Below are positions 11,232-21,257 of a stretch of DNA of 64,000 nucleotides, piece after piece (position 1 is the first letter of the stretch; each line of letters begins with the position of its first letter). A program made the position numbers and the translations under genes. The notes beneath the pieces are model-generated. The model was not told the DNA's origin, made no database searches, and saw only the letters and a program-made list of their open reading frames with translations. Location: contig CALGLP010000015.1 of NCBI GenBank assembly GCA_937930175.1, positions 4,174-68,173 on the forward strand. The letters run 5' to 3'. This stretch comes from an uncultured bacterium. GTDB taxonomy: Bacteria > Omnitrophota > Gorgyraeia > Zapsychrales > Aceulaceae.

Positions 11232-12299
11232 TCATCCCTCTTTCTGCACATAAAGGGTCTGTGTCGGATAGGCGAACGCAATGCCCTCTCTTTCAAAAGA
11301 TTCCATCAGCGCAAAATTGATTTCCTGCTGTTTATCCATATAGACATTGTAATCAGCCGAAAGAACATAATAAACGATCTCGTAATTTAACGAAAAATCA
11401 CCAAAACTTTGAAAATGAACACGGTCAAGTCTTACCCCTTCCATCTGATCGAAAAAATGCTTCACGATGACAGGAATTTTCTTTACTTTTTCCAAAGAGG
11501 TCTGATAAACCACGCCCAGCTTAAAAGCAATCCTTCGGGTGTCCATGCGCTTATAGTTCCTAATGCGGCTTTTGGTAAGATCAGAATTTGAGAGAATCAG
11601 TTGCTCGCCAGATAAACTACGGATACGGGTTGTTTTGATTCCAATGTGATCAATCGTGCCCATATAGTCATCAATAATAATAAAATCACCTATTTCAAAG
11701 GGTCGATCGAGAAAAATAGATAAGGCGCTAAAAGCATCTCCCAGCACAGCTTGCGAGGCCAAGGCAACGGCAACGCCGCCAATACCAATCCCAGCAACCA
11801 AAGCGGAAATATTAACCCCCAAATTATCTAAAACAAAAATGAGTCCCAAGCTCCAAAGGACCCAGCGCAAGATTCCCGTCACGCTTGAGGCCATGGCCTT
11901 GGTTGCCGGATCATCAGAACGCATGCGACGCATATAGACTTTCGTAATGCTATAGCGCACAACTTCCTGAAAAATCAAAATACTACGAATCGTAAGAACC
12001 ACGACCAAAGCGTGTCCGATCAGCTGACGTGTCCCCTCTGCCAGAACCAAAGATAACGACGCCAAGTAGAACGCGGTCGCAACAAAAACCGGCAAACCAA
12101 TTTGTGCGATAAGACTAATAAGAAAATCATCAAAATCATTAGCCGTTTTCTTAGCAATCCTTCCTAGCTGAGAAACCAATAGCTTTTTAAAAAGAACAAA
12201 GATAAACACCAATCCCAGCAAAGTCGCAAGCGCTCCAAGATAGGCGCCCAGCGTGTTCTGAAAAACAACCACACCCAGCAAAATGTTGATCTTGTCCAT
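11232..12299 (-). CDS. mscS: Small-conductance mechanosensitive channel (MscS family)
   Basis: Three N-terminal TM helices plus a conserved MscS beta-domain (GDFIIIDDYMGTIDHIGIKTTRIRSLSGEQLILSNS). Confidence 0.8.
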   Translation of the reverse strand: MDKINILLGVVVFQNTLGAYLGALATLLGLVFIFVLFKKLLVSQLGRIAKKTANDFDDFLISLIAQIGLPVFVATAFYLASLSLVLAEGTRQLIGHALVVVLTIRSILIFQEVVRYSITKVYMRRMRSDDPATKAMASSVTGILRWVLWSLGLIFVLDNLGVNISALVAGIGIGGVAVALASQAVLGDAFSALSIFLDRPFEIGDFIIIDDYMGTIDHIGIKTTRIRSLSGEQLILSNSDLTKSRIRNYKRMDTRRIAFKLGVVYQTSLEKVKKIPVIVKHFFDQMEGVRLDRVHFQSFGDFSLNYEIVYYVLSADYNVYMDKQQEINFALMESFEREGIAFAYPTQTLYVQKEG

Positions 12300-12311
12300 A
12301 AACTCGCTCCT

Positions 12312-14558
12312 TTATGTCTCTTCGAATCGAACTTGTGCCAATTCCCGAACTAATTTACTAGCCCAACGATAAATATTATGATCTTTAAGCACATTCCTCA
12401 TGCGGCTCATTTTTTCCTGCTGCACTAAAAAAGGCGTTTCGAGCGCGCTCTTAATAGCTCCTGCCGTTTGTCCAATATCATAAGGATTCACAATGAAAGC
12501 ATCTCTTAACTCTCGTGCCGCTCCCGTAAACTGGCTTAAGATTAAAGATCCGTTTTCGTCCTCACGCGCCGACACAAACTCTTTCGCAACCAAATTCATC
12601 CCATCATGCAAGGACGTCACTAAACAAACATCTGCCGCTTTATAAAACGGCAGAATTTCAGCATGACTATGATGCTTCATCAACAACAAAATAGGCTGCC
12701 ATGTCTTAGTTTTAAAACGCTCGTTAATCTTTTCAGCAACCTGAACAATTTCATCAACAAATTCCTTATATTTAGGGATCATGGTTCGACTTGGAGCCCC
12801 TAATTCTACAAACGTAAATTTTCCGATATATTTTGGATTCTTTTCTAAGAAATATTCCACCGCACGAAATCTCTCGGCGATTCCCTTTGTATAATCCAGA
12901 CGATCGACACCGACGCCCATATAATCGGCCTTCAAATTATACTTCTTAAAAAGATTTTCCTTGGTTTCTTTAAGCTCCATAGAAACACCCTGAGCTAAAT
13001 TAGAGTCAATGCTAATAGGAAAAGGCTTAATCCAAGACGTATGCCCTTCCCGACTCACCGTAAAATGTTCATAATCAATACGGGATTCTAGGAACCGATC
13101 CACGGTCTCAGCAAAATTATTACAATGAAATTGTGTATGGAAGCCCACAATATCCGCGCCTAGCATGCCCTTTAAGATCTCTTTTTGCCAAGGACAGATC
13201 CCAAAGGATTCAGGATTAGGCCATGGGATATGCCAAAAAATGGCTACCCGGACATCTGGACGCGCGGCCTTGATCATGCCGGGTAACAACGCAAAATGAT
13301 AATCCTGAATAAGCACATTTGCCTCAGGGATCCCTTCCAATTCCTTAAGCACAACCGCGGCAAACTTCTTGTTGACCGCTACATAAGCTAACCAATCTTT
13401 TTCTCTAAAAATAGGTCGGGTGTGCGCAATATGACATAGAGGCCACAGCCCTTCGTTCGAAAACCCAGAGTAAAATCCATCATCATTGTCCTTATCAATC
13501 CAAACTCGTTTCAAAACATACTGAGGTTCTTCAGGAGGAACTTTTATTTTGTCCTCTTTATCTACGGTCTCTCGATCAGCATTCCCACTACCTTGAGCGA
13601 TCCACATCCCTCCGCAGGCCTTTAAGATCGGCTCAATCGCTGTCACAAGCCCACTCGCAGGCACGATACACTCGATCTCTTTTCCTTTCTTAATATGCAT
13701 ATAAGGTTCACGATTAGAAACAACAAAGAGCGGCCGTCCCTCTAGCTTATCCTTAACAAATTCTTTTAATCGCTCCGGTGTCCACAAGGATTCTGTCGCA
13801 TAGCGTAACCGCGCCTCTTCTTCCGCAGCAAGCCTCGCCATTTCTAAACTCTTAGCCATTTTGGTAATTTCGTTAGCCAAAGGTCCCAGCAATTGCTGCC
13901 CCTTAGAATCCAGCCTGTCGGGCGACTCCCCTAGTCGAACTTTCTTGATCCACTCCGTTGTTTTCCGAATCGGCGTCATAATATTAAGATAAACAAGGAT
14001 CATGGTGACCAAGGCAATAAGAAACGCTTGGATAGAGGCTCGCTGAAAGCTACTGATCCAAATTCTTCCTACGCGCTCTTGAATATATGTCGCATCATGA
14101 AAAATGGTCAGAACATGGGTCATCTGCTCGCTGATCAGCAAGGGAAGCGAATAAATATGCAACTGCTGCTTGCCAAGATTGACAAACTTCCCCTGTTCGG
14201 TATTGAGCCTTTCAACATCTTGAATACTCGGAGCGAGCACTTTGGGATTTTCTTGAAGCTTTAGCTGAAGGTCCGCAGAAGAAACGATAAGATTTTCTTG
14301 AATATCATGAATAGCAATACCAACAAGCTTTTCTCGATTAGAAAACTTATCAACGATGCGCTGAAGATACTTCTTATCCTCCACAAGGAGAAGCGGTTCA
14401 ACCGATATTTTTAAGCTATCGGCAATAATACTCGATCTTCTTTCAAGTTCACTCTTAAGTCGCGCCTCTTCTTGACGGGCCTGCCAAAATGAAAAAGAAA
14501 AAGCAACCACAGCCACAATAGCAACTAACGAAAGAATCAATCTTATTGTTATTTTCAT
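12312..14558 (-). CDS. otsA: Trehalose-6-phosphate synthase (GT20) with an N-terminal TM–periplasmic sensor–TM–HAMP extension
   Basis: The C-terminal roughly 470 aa is a clear OtsA (VVSNREPYMH..., GFSNEGLWPLCH, HDYH...). The N-terminal roughly 290 aa has two TM helices flanking a roughly 150-aa loop, followed by a HAMP-like amphipathic segment. Start at MKITIRL. Confidence 0.8.
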   Translation of the reverse strand: MKITIRLILSLVAIVAVVAFSFSFWQARQEEARLKSELERRSSIIADSLKISVEPLLLVEDKKYLQRIVDKFSNREKLVGIAIHDIQENLIVSSADLQLKLQENPKVLAPSIQDVERLNTEQGKFVNLGKQQLHIYSLPLLISEQMTHVLTIFHDATYIQERVGRIWISSFQRASIQAFLIALVTMILVYLNIMTPIRKTTEWIKKVRLGESPDRLDSKGQQLLGPLANEITKMAKSLEMARLAAEEEARLRYATESLWTPERLKEFVKDKLEGRPLFVVSNREPYMHIKKGKEIECIVPASGLVTAIEPILKACGGMWIAQGSGNADRETVDKEDKIKVPPEEPQYVLKRVWIDKDNDDGFYSGFSNEGLWPLCHIAHTRPIFREKDWLAYVAVNKKFAAVVLKELEGIPEANVLIQDYHFALLPGMIKAARPDVRVAIFWHIPWPNPESFGICPWQKEILKGMLGADIVGFHTQFHCNNFAETVDRFLESRIDYEHFTVSREGHTSWIKPFPISIDSNLAQGVSMELKETKENLFKKYNLKADYMGVGVDRLDYTKGIAERFRAVEYFLEKNPKYIGKFTFVELGAPSRTMIPKYKEFVDEIVQVAEKINERFKTKTWQPILLLMKHHSHAEILPFYKAADVCLVTSLHDGMNLVAKEFVSAREDENGSLILSQFTGAARELRDAFIVNPYDIGQTAGAIKSALETPFLVQQEKMSRMRNVLKDHNIYRWASKLVRELAQVRFEET

Positions 14559-14589
14559 GACGACCTTTCTTTTATTGCAATAAAAAATC

Positions 14590-14621
14590 CGCCATCCTGC
14601 ATTTGTGTGCAAGATGGCGGC
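14590..14621 (-). terminator. Hairpin (GCCGCCATC...GATGGCGG) followed by ATTTTTTATT, immediately upstream of the otsA RBS; terminator or attenuator
   Basis: 8-bp GC-rich inverted repeat, with a T-run following on the minus strand. Confidence 0.4.
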
Positions 14622-15133
14622 CCGACCATCTCAAAAATCCTCCAGAGAAGCTACGCCCTGAACCCTTTTATATATATTTTTAAATCTGCGTTATTATAAT
14701 ACTTCTTTTGTATCCATGCAAATTAAGAAAATAAATAGTTACGACAGTCAGTTTAAAAATTACAGATTAACCATCTTTCATCTACCCAGCATCTTGGCCT
14801 TCAGGTTCTCACCCTTACTGCAGATTGATTTCTTATCCGTGTTTTTGATAATGTTATATGCTGATTACTGTTAGATAAGGCTGTTTACATGAAAATTACC
14901 AATATTTACCTTCAGAAGAATGTTTTGTCAACACAATGTTAGCGCAGAATCTCTCCCAGAAAAGAATCCCCTCATAACTCATTGATTCACAAGGGGATAT
15001 TGGTTGCGAGGGATGGTTTTGCTTACGCTCAATGTTGAAATTTGAAAATCGACAATCGAGCAATAGACCACAATTGAGCTGCATGCTTTATTATCGAATT
15101 TCGGTTGCTCAATTGCTCTACCAAAATTAAAAA

Positions 15134-15161
15134 AGCCACCTTTCGGTGGCTCTTTTAATTT
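15134..15161. terminator. Bidirectional intrinsic terminator hairpin (AGCCACC-TTTC-GGTGGCT) flanked by A- and T-runs, downstream of tRNA-fMet
   Basis: aaaattaaaaaAGCCACCtttcGGTGGCTcttttaatttt. Confidence 0.6.
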
Positions 15162-15238
15162 TGGTTGCGGGGGACCGATTTGAACGGTCGACCTTCAGGT
15201 TATGAGCCTGACGAGCTGCCGGGCTGCTCTACCCCGCG
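15162..15238 (-). tRNA. Initiator tRNA-fMet (anticodon CAU), 3' CCA encoded
   Basis: Reverse complement is CGCGGGGTAGAGCAGCCCGGCAGCTCGTCAGGCTCATAACCTGAAGGTCGACCGTTCAAATCGGTCCCCCGCAACCA. Near-identical to E. coli tRNA-fMet, with the C1·A72 mismatch. Confidence 0.9.
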
Positions 15239-15449
15239 AGTTTTCTGGGAAGGACGCTAGGGAACTCGCGGGACGCTTTAAATGTTTCACGTTTAAAGCA
15301 GCCCCGCGCCAGAGTCCATTCCTACAAATATTAAAGAACACTAAATTATTTACGGGACGCCTGCAATGTTTCACGTTGCAGTCAGCCCCACGCATCTTTC
15401 AAAGCTCTCAAAAGAACAATATTTAACGAAATGCTTTAAATATTACCGT

Positions 15450-15716
15450 TTATTCTTCCGGAACCATCTTGTAAACTGTCTCACCCTTACGAATCAATCC
15501 CATGCGTTCCCGCGCAACTCGTTCAACATACTCCGGATCATCTTTAAGGCGCCTTCCCTCTTCTAAAAGATCCATCTGTTCTTTCTTTAAATACTCGATC
15601 TGCTGTTTATAATGCGCATTTCTTGATCGCAGATCTTGCATCTTCGTATACGAAGGCAAATAAATAATAACGACAAGAACAGCAACAATAAAAAGTCCAA
15701 CGGCGCTCTTTAACAT
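15450..15716 (-). CDS. ftsB: Septum formation initiator (FtsB/DivIC family)
   Basis: 88 aa, N-terminal TM plus coiled coil (YKQQIEYLKKEQMDLLEEGRRL...PEYVERVARERMGL). Conserved position downstream of eno. Confidence 0.75.
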   Translation of the reverse strand: MLKSAVGLFIVAVLVVIIYLPSYTKMQDLRSRNAHYKQQIEYLKKEQMDLLEEGRRLKDDPEYVERVARERMGLIRKGETVYKMVPEE

Positions 15717-15797
15717 CGCATCTCTTAAAACATTAGTCGTGAAATGTGCAACGCCTATGAAGCAAAAGACGCTTCATGATTCACCAACGACGCTCTT

Positions 15798-17117
<1,320 letters not shown>

Positions 17118-17269
17118 TTAAGTTATCTGTCGGAATTTACTCCGCCGTCCCTGGGCGGAGTCCCGTAAAAAATTGATCTCTTATTGCAACCGGGATTGAA
17201 AAACATTACCACATATCCTTTTTTTAGTCAAGGCTTATCGAGCCTGGGTGAAAACAAACCCTATCCAAA

Positions 17270-17298
17270 TTGACTTGGCCAGAGGGTTATGTTATGCT
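17270..17298 (+). promoter_or_regulatory. Candidate sigma70 promoter (TTGACT – 17 bp – TATGCT) upstream of the FtsH-like gene
   Basis: The spacing and hexamers are seen directly in the sequence. Confidence 0.35.
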
Positions 17299-17359
17299 TG
17301 ACTAAAGAAAAAAGAAGAGATTTTCAATTACGAAATCCTCACGAAAGGAAACGCACGGC

Positions 17360-19048
17360 ATGAAGAAATTCTTGATTTACTTAAAAATTTATTGGTTACG
17401 CATCGTCGCCTTGCTTATTATCTCTAGCCTGATCTTCCTGATTGTTGCCCTTCTCGTGTCAGGCTTTAGCACCTTCCTCGGCCTTGAATCCTTCAACAAA
17501 AAACAAATGCAGGCGATGATGGGTATGTACCTGATGATGGGCATTGTCCAGGCCTTTGTCTTTGTGGGCTTGATGCAAGGGGCCCAGTATTTTATGATGA
17601 GCGGCGGGCTCTTTGGCCGCTTAGGACGAGAAAAAATCGGAGCGGCTAAGGTCAATGTCAAATGGAATGAAGTCATTGGCATGGAAACCGCCAAAGAAGA
17701 AGCCTGGGAAATCGTCAAACTCCTCAAGGACCGACATTTGGTCAAAAAGATCGGCGGGAAAATCGTCAAAGGCACCCTGATGATCGGGCCTCCCGGATGC
17801 GGCAAAACCTATTTGGCCAAGGCCATTGCCACCGAATGCGGCCTGCCCATGCTTTCAGTTTCGGGGAGTGAATTTGTCGGTATCTTTGTTGGCCAAGGCG
17901 CAGCCCAAATGAAATCCCTTTTTAGCCAAGCCCGCGCCACAGCCGAGATCCACGGCGGTTGTATTATTTTTATCGATGAAATTGATTCCTTTGCCAGGCC
18001 GCGCATGGCCGATACAGGTTTTGGCGGCGGCATCAGCCACAACGCGACCATCAACCAATTCCTAACCGAACTCGACGGCTTGCGCAAGGCGGAAAACAAC
18101 ATCATCATCATCGCGGCGACCAACTTTGGCGAAGAGGCCCTAGACTCTGCGATCATGCGCTCCGGACGATTTGACCGTAAGATCCATGTCAGCCGACCCA
18201 ATCTCAAAGAACGTAAAGAATTATTTGATTTCTATCTCAAGAAAGTCGCAACGGACCCTTCGGTTACCTCCGATATCCTTGCGCGCAGATCCTTATGGTA
18301 CACGCCCTCTGATGTTGATAGCGTTGTCAGAGAAGCCGCGATCATTGCCCTACGAGAAAAACGCGAGACCATCAACATGAAAGACCTCTCCGAGGCCTAT
18401 GACCGCGTCACCTACGGCAATAAATCCAACATCAAGATGACCCCCGAAGAAAAACGATGGACCGCCTATCATGAAACTGGCCATGCCATCTTGGGATATC
18501 TTTTGCACCCTAAAGACGATATCGTTAAAGCCACCATCATCCCCCGCAAAGGTTTCTTAGGCTTTGTCCAGAACAGACCGCCTGTTGAATATTATTCATC
18601 CAACAAAGAAGAATTAATCGCAGAGATCAAGATGTTTATCGCAAGCTACGTAGCAGAAGAAATCACCTTTGGATCAACATCAACGGGTGTGGGTGGTAGT
18701 CCCAGCGCAGATTTTGCCCATGCTTTAAATGTCGCACGAAACATGGCGTGGAGCTTCGGGATGGGAAAATCTGGTCTCGTCGGAGACTTCCGAAGCTATT
18801 TGGCCTACGATGGAAAAGAAAATATGCTTTCCGACAAAACCAAAGAATTGCTGGAGGAGGATGTCCAGAATATTCTTCGCGAATCCATAGCGGATGTTAG
18901 GAATATCCTCACCCAACATCGGGACCTCTTCAACTATTTCGCGGAAGAACTGCTCAAGAAAGAGGAACTCGAATACGACGAGATCCAAGCCATCTTTGAT
19001 AAGTTTAATGTCAAGCCGTTATCAGGACGTCCACGTTTAGAAATTTAA
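17360..19048 (+). CDS. FtsH-like AAA+ ATP-dependent zinc metalloprotease (compact form, no periplasmic domain)
   Basis: Two adjacent N-terminal TM helices, Walker A GPPGCGKT, an SRH region (ATNFGEEALDSAIMRSGRFDRKIHV) and an M41 HETGH zinc site. Confidence 0.8.
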   Translation: MKKFLIYLKIYWLRIVALLIISSLIFLIVALLVSGFSTFLGLESFNKKQMQAMMGMYLMMGIVQAFVFVGLMQGAQYFMMSGGLFGRLGREKIGAAKVNVKWNEVIGMETAKEEAWEIVKLLKDRHLVKKIGGKIVKGTLMIGPPGCGKTYLAKAIATECGLPMLSVSGSEFVGIFVGQGAAQMKSLFSQARATAEIHGGCIIFIDEIDSFARPRMADTGFGGGISHNATINQFLTELDGLRKAENNIIIIAATNFGEEALDSAIMRSGRFDRKIHVSRPNLKERKELFDFYLKKVATDPSVTSDILARRSLWYTPSDVDSVVREAAIIALREKRETINMKDLSEAYDRVTYGNKSNIKMTPEEKRWTAYHETGHAILGYLLHPKDDIVKATIIPRKGFLGFVQNRPPVEYYSSNKEELIAEIKMFIASYVAEEITFGSTSTGVGGSPSADFAHALNVARNMAWSFGMGKSGLVGDFRSYLAYDGKENMLSDKTKELLEEDVQNILRESIADVRNILTQHRDLFNYFAEELLKKEELEYDEIQAIFDKFNVKPLSGRPRLEI

Positions 19049-19053
19049 ACATC

Positions 19054-20097
19054 ATGTTAAAAATAAAACGCCGCGCCAGCCTTTTTTGTTTCTTGCTTGC
19101 CCTCACGCTCGTGATGGGTTGTTCTTCCAAGGAAGAGCCACCTACTCCCAAGACCGAGGCAACCAAAAAACTCATCCAGATCCTTGAAAATGATTATGAT
19201 TACACCCCTGTGGTCCGCTGGGCAGAGGAAACCCTATGGGTCTTTGTGCCCATCGAGGAGAGTTTGTATAAAATTTCCGCAGGCGATGGGCCTTCGAAAC
19301 CTGTCAAAAAGGACTTTAGCCTTGAATTTATCGATGGCACTTTCGAGGATGGCACCTTTTCCTTGGAGTACGATGTCATCCCAGCCACCAAGGTCGCTAG
19401 CGGATCAGGGATGGGCACCGGCTATAGCGAAAAATTCAACACCACCTACCAAAACATCACCAACACCCTTTCTCAATCGTTTTTTTCAACAGACAAGCCT
19501 CCACGCTTTGTCGTGATCATCGTCGCCGACACCAAGGAAGGCCTCATGATCAAGAACACCGTTTATTTTCTTGATCTCAAAAAATACTTTACCTCCTCTC
19601 TTCCACCGGATGAATACAGCCTGCGCATACAGACAGAGTTTCTAGGAAACAAAAAGAATATCGGCGACACCAAGGGCCGTCAACTCGAATTTAAGGACGT
19701 TCTTTGGTCTGACTTTCTTATCAAGCAAATGACCCGTCGCATCCAATTCAAATTCCAGAATAGTGATTTTCCGCCTGAAGAAAATCCTCAGGAGGAAATC
19801 TTAAAAGTCATAGCCCTGGTCACTATGATTTATAACGTGAATGACTACACCACAGTCGTTTTAAATGATTTACGCAATGAACGCCAAGAAGAATTTACGC
19901 GCGCGCAGATCGAAGCCAGGCAAGACCCGGCAATAGCCCAAAAAGAAAAGGAACCCAGCGAAGGCAAGATCATTACTTTTGATTTTAGTCAGTTCTTGAA
20001 GGAAGAACCTGAAGAATTGTTACCAGCGGAAACACTTGATGAACCTCTGTTGGAAAACCAACAGCCTGCAGCACCCGACGGCAATACCACGCTTTAG
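19054..20097 (+). CDS. Hypothetical lipoprotein
   Basis: Signal peptide with lipobox LVMGCSS. Begins 6 nt after the FtsH-like gene. No recognisable domain. Confidence 0.6.
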   Translation: MLKIKRRASLFCFLLALTLVMGCSSKEEPPTPKTEATKKLIQILENDYDYTPVVRWAEETLWVFVPIEESLYKISAGDGPSKPVKKDFSLEFIDGTFEDGTFSLEYDVIPATKVASGSGMGTGYSEKFNTTYQNITNTLSQSFFSTDKPPRFVVIIVADTKEGLMIKNTVYFLDLKKYFTSSLPPDEYSLRIQTEFLGNKKNIGDTKGRQLEFKDVLWSDFLIKQMTRRIQFKFQNSDFPPEENPQEEILKVIALVTMIYNVNDYTTVVLNDLRNERQEEFTRAQIEARQDPAIAQKEKEPSEGKIITFDFSQFLKEEPEELLPAETLDEPLLENQQPAAPDGNTTL

Positions 20098-21257
20098 CTG
20101 TAATACACACCCAAGGTATGCCCAGCAATCACATCCCAGGAAAAAATCTTATCGACGGCTTCTCGCCCTTTTATTCCCATCCAACGCGCGTGTTCAAAAT
20201 TAGTAAATAATGTGCCAATGCCCCAGGCAATCGAATTAGGGTTGGCCCACACTTTATAGCCTGTGACATTGGGCCAAATGATTTCTGAGGGTCCGCCGCT
20301 TTCGGTGGCCACAACAGGCTTACAGGCGCTCCAGGCCTCTAAGATCACAATGCCAAAAGGCTCGTTGCGGCTAGGGACACAGACACAATCGCAAGACTTA
20401 AAAAGATCCCGCAAGCCCCACTGATTCTGATGGCCTAGAAATCTTGTCGCATGGGCAACGCCTAAGTGCTGAGCTCTTCGCTCCAAGCCCCAGCGCATAT
20501 CACCGTCGCCAGCAAAAACAAATTTGGTGTTCGGATGATAACGTAAGATGTACGGGATCGTTTCGACCAAAAGATCCGGGCCTTTCTGGTAGGTCATGCG
20601 GCCTGCAAACAAGACCATGGGGTCGACAGGCCCAATATGAAAACGCTGCTTGACATGGCCCGCATCAATCGCCACGTCAAAATGCTGAGGGCTCACGCCA
20701 TTATAAATAACACTGACCTTCCAGTCGGGGACATTGTACATCCACATGACTTCATTCTTAAGGGTGTTGGAAACCGCAATGACTTTATCGGCGCAAAATG
20801 TCCCATGGCGCTCGTGGTCCCGGATGCGCGCGGCACGCCCCGCATAAAAATTATTACCGCAGCGACCGTACTCGGTGGAGTGCATGGTCAAAATACCCTT
20901 ACGACCTCGTCCCTGTTTGATCCACACCATGGCATTGGAGGTGAGCCAATCATGGGCGTGCACAATATCAAAATGCGCGCCCATATAATTTTCAACATGA
21001 AAAACCGCATCAACAAACGCGCGGCACATATTGTTCACATCCTCGATAAAATCGGGATGTCCCGTATAAGGAACGCGATGATAGTGGACATTGTGGATGA
21101 GCTCATACTGCGCGTGGTCCCATTTGCCCATACGCGTAAAAAGATGCACCTCGTTGCCCTTGCGCTCCAAGGCGCAGGCAAGCTCCGTGACGTGCGCCCC
21201 CACGCCTCCGATACTCACCGAATGCAACGACTCCCAGGAAAGGATAGCTATTTTCAT
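20094..21257 (-). CDS. Glycosyltransferase (GT4/GT5-like; archaeal-type glycogen-synthase-like)
   Basis: N-terminal SIGGVGAHVTELACALERKGNEVHLF resembles the GT5 KTGGLxDV region; C-terminal EPFGIVILEAW resembles the GT-B donor-binding motif. Confidence 0.65.
   Translation of the reverse strand: MKIAILSWESLHSVSIGGVGAHVTELACALERKGNEVHLFTRMGKWDHAQYELIHNVHYHRVPYTGHPDFIEDVNNMCRAFVDAVFHVENYMGAHFDIVHAHDWLTSNAMVWIKQGRGRKGILTMHSTEYGRCGNNFYAGRAARIRDHERHGTFCADKVIAVSNTLKNEVMWMYNVPDWKVSVIYNGVSPQHFDVAIDAGHVKQRFHIGPVDPMVLFAGRMTYQKGPDLLVETIPYILRYHPNTKFVFAGDGDMRWGLERRAQHLGVAHATRFLGHQNQWGLRDLFKSCDCVCVPSRNEPFGIVILEAWSACKPVVATESGGPSEIIWPNVTGYKVWANPNSIAWGIGTLFTNFEHARWMGIKGREAVDKIFSWDVIAGHTLGVYYS

Noticed and set aside
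15269-15395. Possible mini-CRISPR array (two 41-nt repeats with a 42-nt spacer)
   Set aside because: The repeats are not identical, since the stems differ completely. There are only two units and no cas genes. This is better explained as covarying hairpin elements.
14806-15492. 12-mer TCTCACCCTTAC at 14806-14820 and again at 15478-15492, flanking tRNA-fMet
   Set aside because: The second copy lies inside the ftsB coding sequence, and the match is short. Most likely coincidence.
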